Assembly (NCBI RefSeq): GCF_001194135.2
Contig: NC_068981.1
Location: 194,509,784 to 194,573,783, forward strand
Length of the DNA: 64,000 nt
Direction: 5' to 3'
Origin: Octopus bimaculoides
Lineage: Eukaryota
Both the position numbers and the translations under genes were made by a program. Position 1 is the stretch's first letter. The number at the start of each line of letters is the position of its first letter. The notes beneath the pieces are model-generated. The model was not told where the DNA came from and searched no databases. It saw nothing but the letters and a program-made list of their open reading frames with translations. This document shows, in pieces, positions 27,076-41,330 of the stretch.

Positions 27076-27600
27076 TTTTGAATTAATCCTGCAGGATCTT
27101 GTAGAGTGTCAAGGTTTCAATGATGCAGTTCTTTATTATTAGAATGACTGTGTAGGTTAGGTGTGAGAGACCAGTTCTAGCCAGTTTGAAAATAAAACAG
27201 AATATTTGGGCCAAATATGACTGGATTAAATGCTAAAGGTTTAAAACAGGATGTTTTTACCAGAACCAGAGTTGGTCTTAAAAGAGTTAATCTATTTTCA
27301 TTTGACTAAATAGAATAAATTTGTGCAACATGAGGCGAGACAAGGGCAATATGACCTCAGAGGCACAATTGAAATGTTAAAGTTTATTGCTTTTTATCTA
27401 AGTTTCTCGTTTTATTCTTTTTCTAAATATACAAACAAAACTGAGAACTTTAACGAACAGAAACACTTAAACTGCATTTACGGGGGAACATTCAGTCGTC
27501 TGTTTTGTTGGTGGTTGTCAGTGATTATTCTGTTCATGGAGATTTTGGGTGTTTATGTACAGTGCATCATCATTTTAATGTCTACATGTAAAAAGTGCTG

Positions 27601-27930
27601 GTGCTACATTAAAAGCACTGGTGCTCATGCCATATTAAAAGCACTGGTGCTTGTGCCACATTAAAAGCACCAGTGCTCGTGCCATGTAAAAAACACTGGT
27701 GCTCGTGCCACATTAAAAGCACTGGTGCTGGTGTCACATTAAAAGCACTGGTGTTTGTGCCACATTAAAAGCACTGGTGCTAGTGCCACATTAAAAGCAC
27801 TGGTGCAGGTGCCACATTAAAAGCACTGGTGCACATGCCACATTAAAAGCACTGGTGCTCATGCCACATTAAAAGCACTGGTGCTGGTGCCACATTAAAA
27901 GCACTGGTGCTGGTGCCATGTAAAAAGTAC
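27601..27930. repeat. 26-bp minisatellite, about 12 units (AAAAGCACTGGTGCTNGTGCCACATT)
   Basis: Exact 26-bp period; runs into the RTE 3' tail 'taaaaagtacccag...ttaggaagggcatcc'. Confidence 0.9.
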
Positions 27931-29945
27931 CCAGTTCACTCTGTAAAGGAGTTGGCATTAGGAAGGGCATCCCTCTGTAGAAACCAAGCCAAAACAGACA
28001 ATGGAACCTGGTGTGGTCCCTGGCCTTGCCAGCTCCTGTCAAACCAGCCAACATGGAAAACAGACGTTGAATGATGATGACAATGATGATGATGATTCCA
28101 TGCTTGTATGGCAGATGGAATTTGTTGAGGCAGATTTTCCGTGGCTGGATGTCCTTCCTTAACCAAACCTCACCTGTTTCCAAACAAAGTGGTAATACCC
28201 CCCTCCCCCCGCCTCATGGCTAGACATGTTTTCACAGAAGACTGGAAATCAATGACACGTGTCTTGGAGGAGAATTTTCTCCTAGGACTATTTCTGCAGT
28301 GGAAGGTCTTGTCACATTTGAATGCACTTAATCATGACCACCACCGCAAAAAACACACTATTACCCCACATCTATACTGAAATTATTATCAATCTTGTAA
28401 ATATTACATAAATCTGATTCTTTATTGAAAAAGAGTGAGTGGTCATTCAATTAAGTTGGCTGTTTTTATGTATAACATACACACACACACGTGTATGTGT
28501 GATGCACTTTTGAGAGAGAAATATAACATCACATGATGGCCTTTTGCAATAAAGAACTGTTGCAGACACTTCCCTCAGTATTTATTGAGAAACTTAAGCT
28601 GCAAGCTGGCAGAGTCATCAGCAGACCAGACAGAATGCTTAATGGTATTTTACCCGTCTTTGTGGTCTGAGCTCAGATTCCACCAAAGTCAACATTACCT
28701 TCTGTCATTTTAGGGTTGAAAAAATAGCACCGATCAAACACTTGGGGTCGATGTAATCGGCTTTACCCAGACCCCAAAATAACTGACCTTGTGCCAAAAT
28801 TTGAGGCCAGTATTTATTGAGAAACTAACAGCTATTATTCCCCCAAAATTTCGGGCCTTGTGCCTAAAGTAAAAAAGAATATATGTGTATATTTATTAAC
28901 TGTATGATTCATTAGAATCTAGGCACAACAACACAAAAGATGCCAGAAATGCCTGGGCACAATAACATAGGGTTCATGATGAGGTAAAACAACCATGACG
29001 ATATCATGTAGATATGTAAGGACCAGATCCAATTTAAACAGTAGATCCAACACTGGTTCTAGGTGTAGAGACAAGTTTATCTTATTGGTATTTGAGTGCA
29101 AATATGACATATGTCACTTTTAATAAGTTCCACATATTCCGTGCTGTCAATGTTTTTGTTGTTTACCTATTTCTAGTAGGCTAAAAAACCACATAGAGGT
29201 TCTCTCGTTGGTTTGTGGTATTGCCAATTCTTTGTTATTATGGAATTTGGTTTTTCCTTTTCATTTCTGTTTTTTCTTTGATGATGTTTTTCAAATATTT
29301 CTTCATGATTTCTTCTAAAAGGTTTCAGCTGAATGTTACATTTTCACAGACTTTCTAGAAAAACCTTGAAATATGTTTATCATGAAATTCCAGATACCCA
29401 ATAAAATAGTGTTTGTTCTTATTGTCATTGCAAAAACTTTATTTTTAGTTCTGTCTGAAGAGCAAATTCTTGTAAAATATCACATGTAGCAATTTTTTTT
29501 TTTTTTCTTCTCAAAATTGGTGTTGTATAGAAAAGAAAGTTTTTCTTTTTCATTCTTCTCTGAAAAAAAAAAAAAACTTTTCCATATTCCAAGATAATAT
29601 TTCAGGTGAAAATGTTTACCAAACTTTGGTAATGGTAAAACACTCTATAAACATGAATGTATATGTACTATGCTTGTCTATAATAGTGATTTCGGTATTT
29701 GGCACAAGGCCAGCAAGTTCAGGTGAGCGGGTAAGTCAATTATATTGACCCCCAGGGCTCAGCTGATACTTATTGTATTGACCCTGAAAGGAAGAAAGGC
29801 AAAGTTGATCTTGACAGGATTTGAACTCAAAATATCAAGACAAACAAATTGCTGCACTTTGTCTGGCGTGCTAACGTTTCTGCCACCTCTCTGCCTTATG
29901 CTTGTCTTTGGTATTAGTTTCAAATTTTGGCACAAGGCCAGCAAT

Positions 29946-30174
29946 TTAACCCTTTCATTACCATATTTCTGTTGAGATGCTCTGTGTTTCTTTCAATTAC
30001 TTTAAACGTAACAAAGAATTTAGTAAAATAACTTAGTTATCATTAAGTTAGTGTTAGGAACATAAATTGTGACTAAGGTTTGGTGGAAGATTTTAATTAA
30101 GAACTTTTGAAAACAAGACATTTGTACTACAGAGCCAGAGGTGGTTTCAGCCAGGTCAGTATCAAAAGGGTTAA
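29946..30174. mobile_element. Single piggyBac-type MITE with TTAA target duplication, inserted in a SINE
   Basis: ttaa|ccctttcattacc...gtatcaaaaggg|ttaa; same family as 21284-21979. Confidence 0.85.
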
Positions 30175-30247
30175 GTGGAGCAGCTAAGTTGATTGCATCA
30201 ATTCCCAGTACACAGCTGGTATTTATTTTATCAAACCCGAAAGAATG

Positions 30248-30845
30248 AAAAGTAAAATTGATCTTGGTGGAATTTGAACTCAGAATGTAAAAATGGATGG
30301 AATGACACTAAGCATTTGGCCTGGCATGCCAATGATTCTGGGGCTCGCTGTCTCATGCTTGTCTAGTGGGCAGCATTTGATGTGTCCATTTTATGACAGC
30401 TAAATAATACACCTGGATTACAACATCTAATTCGCGACTACATTTGTTCGTTTGTACATATTTCTATGGAAACGACTATAATTTATTTCCTTTCCAATGT
30501 TCTGTATAAATTGCTTTTATGTCAGTCATGCCTCAGGGGGAAGAAAAAGGTCTGAATCTGACCAATGAAACCAACTTTCAGTGTCCTTAGAATATGTATT
30601 GTTGGATTTATTTATTTTGTTATATTTATTTTGTTATCAGAGGTATTTTTTTGTTTTCTTCTTTCATTCTTTTACTTGTTTTAGTCATTTTACTGGGGCC
30701 ATGCTGGGGCATTGCCTTGAAGAGTTTAGTCAAACAAATTAACCCCAGCTTTTATTTTGAAATCTGATGCTTGCTCTCTTTTCACCAAACAACTAAGTTA
30801 TGGGGATGTAAACAAACTAACACTGACTGTCAAGCAAGGGTGAGG

Positions 30846-30895
<50 letters not shown>

Positions 30896-32655
30896 TGATA
30901 GCTTCCAAATTTGCCCACAAGACCATGATTGGCTCAGGGATATAGTAGACACTTGCCCAAGGTGCTGCACAGTAGGATTGAACCTGGAACCACTTGTTTA
31001 CAATGCAAGCTTCTTAACCATACAGCCATGCCTGCACCTATCATAATAACATTTGTTAATTTTCTTTTGTTGTTTTTTTTTCCTCTTTTTTTCCAGGATC
31101 TGTCAAATGGCCGGAACTTTACAAATTTATTACTCTCTTTAGTATCATGGTGTCTGAAATTCAATTCTTCAAACGAATCATTACTTACAGAAACTGGTAA
31201 GCATAACACTCTTCGGTTACTTTTCTTATTAAAACTACATCATGGAATTTCATCATTTTTATGTGGTAAGGTAGCCATAAAAATTGCGTGGATTAACACT
31301 TTGTCCAGTGTATCATGAGTGATATAGAAGACAAGATATATTCCCCTGCTGTCCATGCATTGTATATGTTACACATTACTAACGCTTTCCAATCACCAGA
31401 ATAACTTGGGACTTACGAAAGAAAAGCTTTATATTACAGAGAACGTATGAAACAGGATCTAACTAAATGTATGAAAACAAGCATGGACATTTAGGACAGA
31501 CATGAAAATACTCTGGACAGGCAAAGGGCTAATTTGAAGGTCAATTTTGGGTAAAGTTTATAAATGCCAAACGCAACACTTGGATTATCATTTCATTGTC
31601 ATAATGATGAGAAAATGCATGATTTGGATGGAGTTTATTGAAGCATATTTTCTATGGTTGGATGCCTTTCCTGTCACCAACCTTTATCTGTTTCCAAACA
31701 AAGTAATGTTTCCTCGGGTTGTGTTTTTGCAGAATATCAGTTTCAAATTTTGGCACAAGGTCAGCAATTTCAGGGGAGTTGTGTAAGTCAATTATATTGA
31801 CCTCAGTGTTCAGCTGGTACTTATTTTATCGACCCCCCCCTCACCCCACCCCCTGCCGAAAGGATGAATGGTAAAGTTGATCTTGGTGGAATCTGAACTC
31901 AAAACTTAAGGGCGGAAAAAAATGCCCCTGAGCGTTTTGCCTGGTGGGCTAACAGTTCTTGCTAGCTTGCCTCCTTCTTTTTGAAGAATATTGGAAATGA
32001 ATGACTCTCATTTACAACACTGAAGCAATGTTCGGACAAGGGAAAACAAACATATTCACACACTCACACACAACACTCCACTCCGAGTGTGACTCCAGTC
32101 CATCACAGAGTTACTCCTTTACAGCTGAGTGGACTACAGCAATGTGAAACAAATGAGGTGGTGGTGGTGGTGGTGTTGAAACATGATCTTCGAATGTTGG
32201 GCTTCACAGAAGCAATGATGAAAGACCGAGACCTCTGAAGACATGCTGTAATTGAGAAGATCTGGCAAATAAGGAAAGGTAAAGTTGATCTTGGTGGAAT
32301 TTGAACTCAGAATATAAAAATGGATGGAATGGCACTAAGCATTTGGCCTGGCATGCCAATGATTCTGGGGCTCGCTGTCTCATGCTTGTCTAGTGGGCAG
32401 CATTTGATGTGTCCATTTTATGACAGCTAAATAATACACCTGGATTACAACATCTAATTGGCGACTAGATTTGTTCGTTTGTACATATTTCTATGGAAAC
32501 GACTATAATTTATTTCCTTTCCAATGTTCTGTATAAATTGCTTTTATGTCAGTCATGCCTCAGGGGGAAGAAAAAGATCTGAAGCTGACCAATGAAACCA
32601 ACTTTCAGTGTCCTTAGAATATGCCTTGTTGTATTTATTTATTTTGTTATATTTA
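30248..32655 (+). repeat. About 380-bp direct duplication (30248-30628 and 32275-32655) flanking LYST exon 2
   Basis: Near-identical sequence, mostly not seen elsewhere in the window, e.g. gcagcatttgatgtgtccattttatgacagctaaataatacacctggattacaacatc in both copies. Confidence 0.9.
31097..31196 (+). CDS. LYST: LYST coding exon 2
   Basis: ttttccag|DLSNGRNFTNLLLSLVSWCLKFNSSNESLLTET G|gtaagc; resembles human [23 protein letters not shown]; 100 nt, phase 0 to 1. Confidence 0.8.
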
Positions 32656-34783
32656 CTACAGCAAGTGTGTGAAATGAATGAGGCGGTGGTGGTGGTGAAG
32701 CATGACTTTTGAACGTTGGGCCTCACAGAGGCAATGACGAAAGAATGAGGCCTCTGGAGATATGCTGTAATTGAGAAGACCCGGCAAGTAAAGTGAGATC
32801 ACAGCCATAGCTTATACCAGTGTCGCATAACCAGCCCACTTAAAAAAAGTACCTTTGGATTGTCAGGCGACATGCCGTACTTGAGGAGACCTATTGAGTC
32901 AAATAAAATAAAATCAAATCAAATCACAATCAAATGGAAACTGTAGTTGTGGCCAATGCCAGTGCCACCTGACTGGCTCCCATGCTGGTGGCATGCAATA
33001 AGCACAATGCATGCGTGGGTCATTGCCAGTGCTGCCTGACTGGTTGCCCATGTCGGGAGCATGTAAAAAGTACCATCCGAATGTGGCTGATGCCAGTGCT
33101 GCCTGACTGACTCCTGTGATGGTAGCACATAAAAAGCACCCACTACACTCTCGGAGTGGTTGGCGTTAGGAAGAGCATCCAGCTGTAGAAATATTGCCAG
33201 ATCAGATTGGAGCCTGGTGCAGTCTTCTGGCTTGCCAGTCCCCAGTCAAACCGTCCAACCTATGCCAGCGTGGAAATCAGATATTAAACGATGACGATGA
33301 TGATGAACTGGTCCTGGAATTAAAACTACACTCTTGTGATCGTGAGTGCAATACCCTTATCATTAGGCTACACATATACCTCTTGTGTCCAACCCATCCC
33401 AGACTCCAACCCTTCCAAAAGGCTACCCACTGATTTGTATGGCGTCCCTATCATCAACACACATCATTCCATGGGTGTGTTGTCTCCTCCTCTTTCTATT
33501 CCTACACAGTACCACCTGATCCACCAAGCTTGGCTGGTCTTATGTCATCTCCACTCAGATAATATCCTCAACTCTCCCATATTACATTCACCCTTCAGGC
33601 CCCTGATCTTCTTTGAATGTCAACCCCTGGAACTCCATCAGTTCCCCTATAGCAACTGACTTGCAAATGTTCAGAATGAATTCCAGCCATATCAGTCTCA
33701 ACAGGTCTTGGAAGGCCTTCAAAAGCACGAAACACAGCCAGTTCCTCCTGATCAAACATTGAAAATCAAAGCAAAATATTTCATGCTAGTTTCTCAAAAT
33801 GTGACACTTTGAAGAAATATTTTTCTTCTTTCACCAATATTTCAAACATCACAGAGATGCACATACACAAACCAGTGTGTCGGAGACTGTTTTATTATTC
33901 TCAGTTTGAAGTCTTCTTTGGAAACTCATAAATATAGTTTTAATGAGAACTATCAAAAATACATCAAATTTACCAGATATCTTTGAAAACTTCAGTCATG
34001 TTATTGGTGTTCAAAGAAATCATCATCAACATCATCATCATCGTTATTATCTGTCATATAGACTTCATTATATAGATGTGTGTGTGTGTGTATGTATGTG
34101 TGTATAAGCAAGTGGGGGAGTGGCAATAGGGTGGGCATTTAGTTGTACAAAACTCTGCTCCAGCATGATCTCATCTGAATTATGCAAACATGGGAAAGTA
34201 GACATTAAAATGCTGATGATTTTATATATATGATGATGATGATGATGATCATCATCATCATCATCATCATCATTTAATGTCTGCTTTCCATGCTGGCATG
34301 GGTTGGATGGTTTGACTGAGGANNNNNNNNNNATGTCTGCTTTCCATGCTGGCATGGGTTGGATGGTTTGACTGAGGACTGGCAAGCCAGGTGGCCACCA
34401 CACTAGGCTCCAATCTGATCTGGCAAGGTTTCTACAGCTTGATGCCCTTCCTAGCACCAATCACTCCAAGAGTGTAGTGGGTGCTTTTTACGTGCCACCA
34501 GCAGTGGGGGCCAGTCAAGCGGCACTGGCAACAACCATGCTTGAATGGTGCTTTTTACATACCACCAACACGGGGCCCAGTCAGGCAGTACTGACATCGA
34601 CCACACTCAACATCGCTTGACAACCGATGCTGGTGTGTTTACGTCCCCATAACTTAGTGGTTCAGCAAAAATAGACCGATAGAATAAGTACTAGGCTTAC
34701 AAAGAATAAGTCCTGGGGTCGATTTGCTCGACTAAAGGTGGTGCTCCAACATGGCCGCAGTTAAATGACTGAAACAAGTAAAA

Positions 34784-34824
<41 letters not shown>

Positions 34825-36045
34825 TACACCCACATGCACACACACATTGTTTGCACATGTTGTTAGTGTTGGTTAATAAATCTATAGCTATGATCTGTAG
34901 TACTTTACATCAATATGTGTGTGTGTGTGTGTGTGTTTGTCATCCTCGAAGTAATGGGTTACTTTCTAACAAAGAAACAAACCTCCTTTGCTGACAATTT
35001 AATAACAACAATGACAATTGTTAAATTTAGGCTTTGTATGCTTTTATTGTTGTGCATGAAAGAGGGGACAAGCCCCGATGTTAGCTGTTCTGTTTGATTG
35101 GCTGAAAATCCTTGCATTTCTGGATTGTCATTTAGACATTTCGTAACATCGTCCTCCCTGTAATTATTGGAATAAATATGAATTTATGATCAGGGAAGAG
35201 GAGTTGCTGGTTTTGAAGTAATTGTTTGTAAATATTCCTTCTTTTCACTGTGTTTGGAAGAAGTGTTCACATTCGTTGGTCAGCTGACTTCTGTGTCTTC
35301 CATAATGGTTCAGCCTTTGTTTTCCATTCCAAATGATTGTATCAGACCTGTTGTTTTTTGTGTTTAGTGGAAGTTATTCTTGGTATACAACAATCACTTA
35401 GTCTATCCATTCTTAATACATTCCAGAAAATTCAAACATGAATATGCTAATCCCATTGTATTTTGTCTCCCCCAAATCTGAGCCACCAGATCATCACATC
35501 CTTTCCATCACTATACATCTCACCCCCTCCCGTCCATGCCCTATACCTACCTACCTCTCTTTCCTCCACATTTTCACAGCCTACACAACTTCTTCTCATC
35601 TCTCTCTTTCTCTCATCACCCCCTTATCATTGTTATTCTTTTACCCCTCACCCCTATGCATTGTTAGTCACTCCTCACTCCCCTTTTCACCATTCACTAC
35701 TTCCACCCCTTTACTCTATTAAACCTCTACAGTTGTCACCTACTCTTCCCTACATCCTCTCCACTTATGATCCACTCAACATTTGTTCTTTATTCATTAT
35801 ATTCACCCCCTCCATCCATTCCCCATCCTGTATTCTTTTATACACTCTTGCAACTTCCATCACCCATATTCCCTGTTCATATTCCCCCACCCCACCCCAC
35901 GCCTTGTACCTTGAGGGACCCACACAGACACCTTTTTATAACTATTTTTACCTCTTCCCTACTCCACCCCTATCCTTCTCTGCTCTCTCTTTGAAAATGT
36001 GAGTAGTCCTGTAGCCCCTCTACAGCAAGAAACCTGTTTTACTCA

Positions 36046-36274
36046 AGTGGCGAGCTAGCAGAAATGTTGGCACACCGGGCGAAATGCTTAGCGGTATTTT
36101 GTCTGCCGCTACGTTCCGAGTTCAAATTCTGCCGAGGTCGACTTTGCCTTTCATCCTTTCGGGGTCGATAAATTAAGTACCAGTTATGCACTGGGTCGAT
36201 GTAATAGACTTAATCCCTTTGTCTGTCCTTGTTTGTCCCCTCTATGTTTAGCCCCTTGTGGGCAATAAAGAAAT
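36046..36274 (+). mobile_element. Full-length SINE family A with 19-bp TSD
   Basis: AAGAAACCTGTTTTACTCA at 36027-36045 and 36275-36293. Confidence 0.9.
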
Positions 36275-38698
36275 AAGAAACCTGTTTTACTCAGGCCCCT
36301 TCTCTCATACTTTAGCCCTTCATTTCCTAGCATAAAACCCATCTCTCTTGGGGCTTTGTAGTTTTACAAGTCGCATGATAACTTAAGTAATGCTGGTGCC
36401 ATGAAAAAAGAACCCAGTCCATGCTGTAAAGTGGTTGACATTAGGAAGGGCATCCAGCCATAGAAACCCTACCAAAGTAGGCTGTGGAGTATGATGCAGT
36501 TCTTGGGTCTGCTGGATCCCGTCAAACTGTCCAACCACTGCCAGCATGGAACATAGGTATTAAATGGGGATGATGATGATGATGATGATAACAACTTCTC
36601 CTTTCAGACAATGTGTGTTCACATCACACTTAATTTATTGAAAAAGGGGGGAAAAAAATACAACAGCAATAGCATACTCACACTTGAATCTGCTAGAATG
36701 TATTCAAAATGATTATGGATGTCATCATTTTGATTTTCACTGTACCCCCATGTACATTATTTATTATCAGTTTGGCAGACATTTGCATGCATCAGTTAAT
36801 AATTGGTTTGTTGAATTCTGTAAACAAGAGCTAGAATTTTAGTTTCGATTCATTGATTTGGGGGTACCACTGCAGTGTTTCAAAGCCCCCTTACTCCAAT
36901 GAATTGTGTTACAGACACATTGTCTGAAAGAAAAATATCATCTTCCATTGATAAAATGCAACAGCAATTAGCATATCCACATTTGAATAAAAAAGAATGC
37001 ATTAACAATGAATGTATTTGTCATTGTTTTATTTTCACTGTTCTTCATACACATGATGGTTTATTATTTTTGGAGATATGCTGTGCTTGAGAAGACACGG
37101 CAAGCCAAGTGAGACCGTAACCATGGCCTATGCCAGTGCAGCATAACCAGCCCATTTAAGAGTACCCTTAAATCTTTGGGCAATAAACTGCGCTTGCGAA
37201 GACCTATTGAGATAAATGAAGTCGTGGTCATGGCTAATGACAGTACCGCCTGATTGATACTCATGCCGGTGACACATAAAAAGCACCATTTGAGCGTGGT
37301 TGATGCCAGTGCCGGCTGACTGACCCTCATGCTGGTGGCACGTAAAAAGCACCCACTACACTCTTGGAGTGGTTGGCGTTAAGAAGGGCATCCATCTGTA
37401 GAAACTTTGCCAGATCAGATTGGAGCCTGNNNNNNNNNNTTGGAGTGGTTGGCGTTAAGAAGGGCATCCATCTGTAGAAACTTTGCCAGATCAGATTGGA
37501 GCCTGGTGCAGCCTTCTGGCTTGCCAGTCCTCAGTCAAACCGTCCAACCCATGCCAGCATGGAAAGCAGACGTTAAACGATGATGACAATGATGATGATG
37601 ATTGGAATGCTCTACTAATATTTCTTATGCTGGAATCAAAGATAGAAAGCTGGCAGAATTGTTAGCCAAGGTAGACTTTGCCTTTTATCCTTTTGGGGTT
37701 AATGAAACAAGTACCCATTGAATACTAGGGGTCGATGTAATTGCCTTAACAGACAGACACACACACACACATATGATGGGCTTCTTTCAGTTTCCATCTA
37801 CCAAATCCACTCACAAGGCTTTGGTCAGCCCGAGGCTGTAGTAGAAGACTCTTGCCCAGAGTGCCATGCAGTGGGTCTGAACCCGGAACCATGTGGTTGG
37901 GAAGCAAACTTCAAAAGAAAAAATTCAAAAATGAGCACTGGGTTGATTTATTTGACTTAAATCTTTGAAGGTGGTGCCCCAGCATGACCACAGTCCAATG
38001 ACTGAAATAAATGGAAGAATAACAGAGCATTCATCACAGAGCAGTTCCTTCTGCAATGACGTAATCTATTGTTTTAGCAACAGCACCATGTTGTGTTGGA
38101 ATGTAATAAACTGATGACATATCTGAGCAACTGCTGGTCATGTAATATTTTCCACATATTTGTGACATGGCCAACATTTTTGGGGTCATATTTTCTGGGT
38201 TTAAAGGCTTTGCCCTGTCTTTTGTTGTAAAGTTATTTATACCTGTCACAATCACAATCAAAATTGCTGACGTGGCCGATGACAGTACTGCCTGATTGGC
38301 ACTCGTGCCAGTGAAACATTAAGAGCACATCTGAGCGTGATCGTTGCCAGGGCCACAGATTGGCTCCCATGCCAGTGGCACGTAAAAAGCACCCAGTACA
38401 CTCTGTAAAGTGGTTGTATTAAGAAGGGCATGCCAAAACCTTGGCAAAACAGACTGTTGGAGCTTGGTGCAGCTTTCCAGTCAGACCATCCAAATCATGC
38501 CATGGAACCATCCAACCTATGGCAGATGATGAATGTGTCTCTTCCAGGTTTTCTAGTGGGGGTATATTCATTGATTAATATTTAGGGGCCACATATCATT
38601 GGTAACTGATTAACCCTTTAATATTGATAATGTTTGTTCCTTCAAATTGGTTACTGCATGTAGCCTCAAGATTTCAATGATCTGATTATATATTTTTA

Positions 38699-39042
38699 CA
38701 GTTCTATATTTAAGAGATGAGGAATTATTTACATTTGATGGATATTTGTCCTCATCTTGTTTGTTGTTAACACAACGTTTTGGCTGATATACCCTCCAGC
38801 CTTCATTAGGTGTCCTGGGTAAAATTCGAACCTGTTGGAATCGAACTCGGAATCTTGGGGTTAGTAGCCTGTGCTCTTAACCACTACGCTATATGCCTGT
38901 GGGCAATTATAGAGTGAATTTTAGGGCTTATAAATCTAATATTCTCCTATCCTTCCTTAATACCAGTTCCCATATGCTACTCATATCTGCACTCAGTCTG
39001 CTTAGGAGGTTGTTGTGTCCTAGCATATATGCTGCTTCTTTA
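38699..39042 (-). mobile_element. Penelope-like family P1, 3' fragment (ORF end, tRNA-like cassette, hammerhead, tail)
   Basis: Reverse complement matches 54478-54892 (KEAAYMLGHNNLLS..., cassette, tail) with an internal deletion. Confidence 0.85.
38769..38814 (-). ncRNA. Hammerhead motif of P1 with inactivated core
   Basis: GACAC-CTAATGA-A-GGCTG-GAGGGTATAT-CAGCC-AAAA-CGTT-GTGTT: helices I and II intact, G5>A and G12>A. Confidence 0.75.
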
Positions 39043-40697
39043 GTAGGTATTAGAGGCTGACCCTGACCTGTTTGAACAAGTTCTTGTGGAATATCTGGGC
39101 CTGATGTGGCTGGTTTGAATGCTAAATGATTAATATTGGTCTCTCACTTTTGAGTACCTGGTCAATGCATTTGATTTTCTGCTGGCTTTAACAAATGCTC
39201 TCTAAATGATACAATACAAAGCTCTAAAGCTGTTAGGATTAACTTAAGCTTCTTTCCTTGTCATTTCATAGAGGATAAAGCCTGTTGCTATCCTTATTCC
39301 CATGGAAATTTCTATTAAATATTAGGATCTTTTAATATAAATATAAACGATTTCCTCAGTGATCCAGCCATTTATCCCAAAGGTTGGCACCATAATTGCT
39401 ACAGTAAATGGGTTTTCTGTGATATTTTCTGGTTGTAAGAAGAATACTTTTTTTTAAAGTCACATCTAACTTCTCTTCCAACATTTACCTACCTGCATTC
39501 TCTATTCTCCAATCCCCATTCACTTTTACTTCCCTTGTACCTTAAGGGTCCGCTTGGCACCCCGTCACCACTATTTTTGATCTCTTTTTCTATCTCCACC
39601 CTGGTTGCTCCCACCTTTTCTTTTACATTGTGAGTAGCCATGTAGTTGCTCTACATCAAGAACCTTTTTCTGTTCTGGCCCCTTCTCTTATATTTTAGCT
39701 CCTCACCTCCTAGCATGAAGCAGCCTCCCTATCTACTGGAGCACCCCACTCAGTCACAGTGGATCTTACTCTTGCAGTCTTCATGGCAACCTCACTAGTG
39801 CTGGTGCTATGAAAAAACAAAAAAACACCCAATACACTCTGCAAAGTGGTTGGTGATAAGATCATCCAGCAGTTGAGACCCTGCCAAACTAGACATGGGT
39901 CTTCAGTGCAGTGTTTGAACTTCTCAAATCCTGTTCAACCATCCAACCCATTCCAGCATGGAAGAAGCTGGATGTTAAATGGTAATGAAGGAATGGTCTA
40001 ATGCGTTTTTTGTAATTGAATCCTATAATCATAAAATTTGTAAAGTGTTTGAATCCACCACACCACACTACACCACCCCCCTGTCTTCTCTCTAGTAAAT
40101 TTAAACAGCTTCTGTAAAAGTTTATACCAATAATAGTACTTAGCCAAGCAACAGGCCTTTAGTTTTTCTGCCAAATTCAATTTAGTGTTTTCATTCTTGG
40201 CTATCAAATTTGTCTTTGCTTATGGCAAGCCAGTTTAGTAGGTCAGCTTGGCTTTCCGTCATTGTCATCATCATCATCATCGTTTAATGTCTGTTTACCA
40301 TGCTGGCATGGGTTGGACGGTTTGACTAAGGACTGGCAAGCCAGAAGGCTGCACCAGGCTCCAATCTGATCCGGCAGAGTTTCTACAGTTGGATGCCCTT
40401 CTTAATGCCAACCACTCCAAGAGTGTAGTGGGTGCTTTTTACGTGCCACCAGCACTGGAGCCAGTCAAGCGGTTTTGGCATCGGCCATGTTTGGATGGTG
40501 CTTTTTATGTGCTACCGGCACANNNNNNNNNNNNNNNNNNNNNNNNNNNNNNNNNNNNNNNNNNNNNNNNNNNNNNNNNNNNNNNNNNNNNNNNNNNNNN
40601 NNNNNNNNNNNNNNNNNNNNNNNNNNNNNNNNNNNNNNNNNNNNNNNNNNNNNNNNNNAAGACAGACAAAATACTGCTAAGCATTTTGCCCAGCATT

Positions 40698-40738
<41 letters not shown>

Positions 40739-40752
40739 TAATAATAATAATG

Positions 40753-40786
<34 letters not shown>

Positions 40787-41253
40787 TGGTAATGATAGTC
40801 ATTGTTTGTGAAAGTATTCACCTCTTCATGCTGTGACATGAAATGGTATGGGAGGGGAGTTATATAATGTATATACATATATACACACATATATATATAT
40901 ACATGTATGTATGTATATATATATATGTATATACATGTATATATATATATGTATATATATAAATGTATATATATATATGTATATACATGTATATATATAT
41001 GTATATATATAAATGTATATATATATATGTATACATATAAATGTATATATATATGTATATATATAAATGTATATATATATGTATATATATNNNNNNNNNN
41101 NNNNNNNNNNNNNNNNNNNNNNNNNNNNNNNNNNNNNNNNNNNNNNNNNNNNNNNNNNNNNNNNNNNNNNNNNNNNNNNNNNNNNNNNNNNNNNNNNNNN
41201 NNNNNNNNNNNNNNNNNNNNNNNNNNNNNNNNNNNNNNNNNNNNNNNNNNNNN

Positions 41254-41286
<33 letters not shown>

Positions 41287-41297
41287 CATATATATAT

Positions 41298-41330
<33 letters not shown>

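Noticed and set aside
27601-27930. CRISPR-like array
   Set aside because: Contiguous 26-bp tandem units with no unique spacers, no cas genes, eukaryotic context.
34281-34380. Tandem duplications around 10-N gaps (also 37360-37510)
   Set aside because: Flanks repeat each other across placeholder gaps; most likely contig-overlap artefacts.
38051-38075. Other CTGATGA hits as hammerheads (also about 51253, 57294 and coding hits at 46424 and 56280)
   Set aside because: No helix II followed by GAAA and no helix I pairing.
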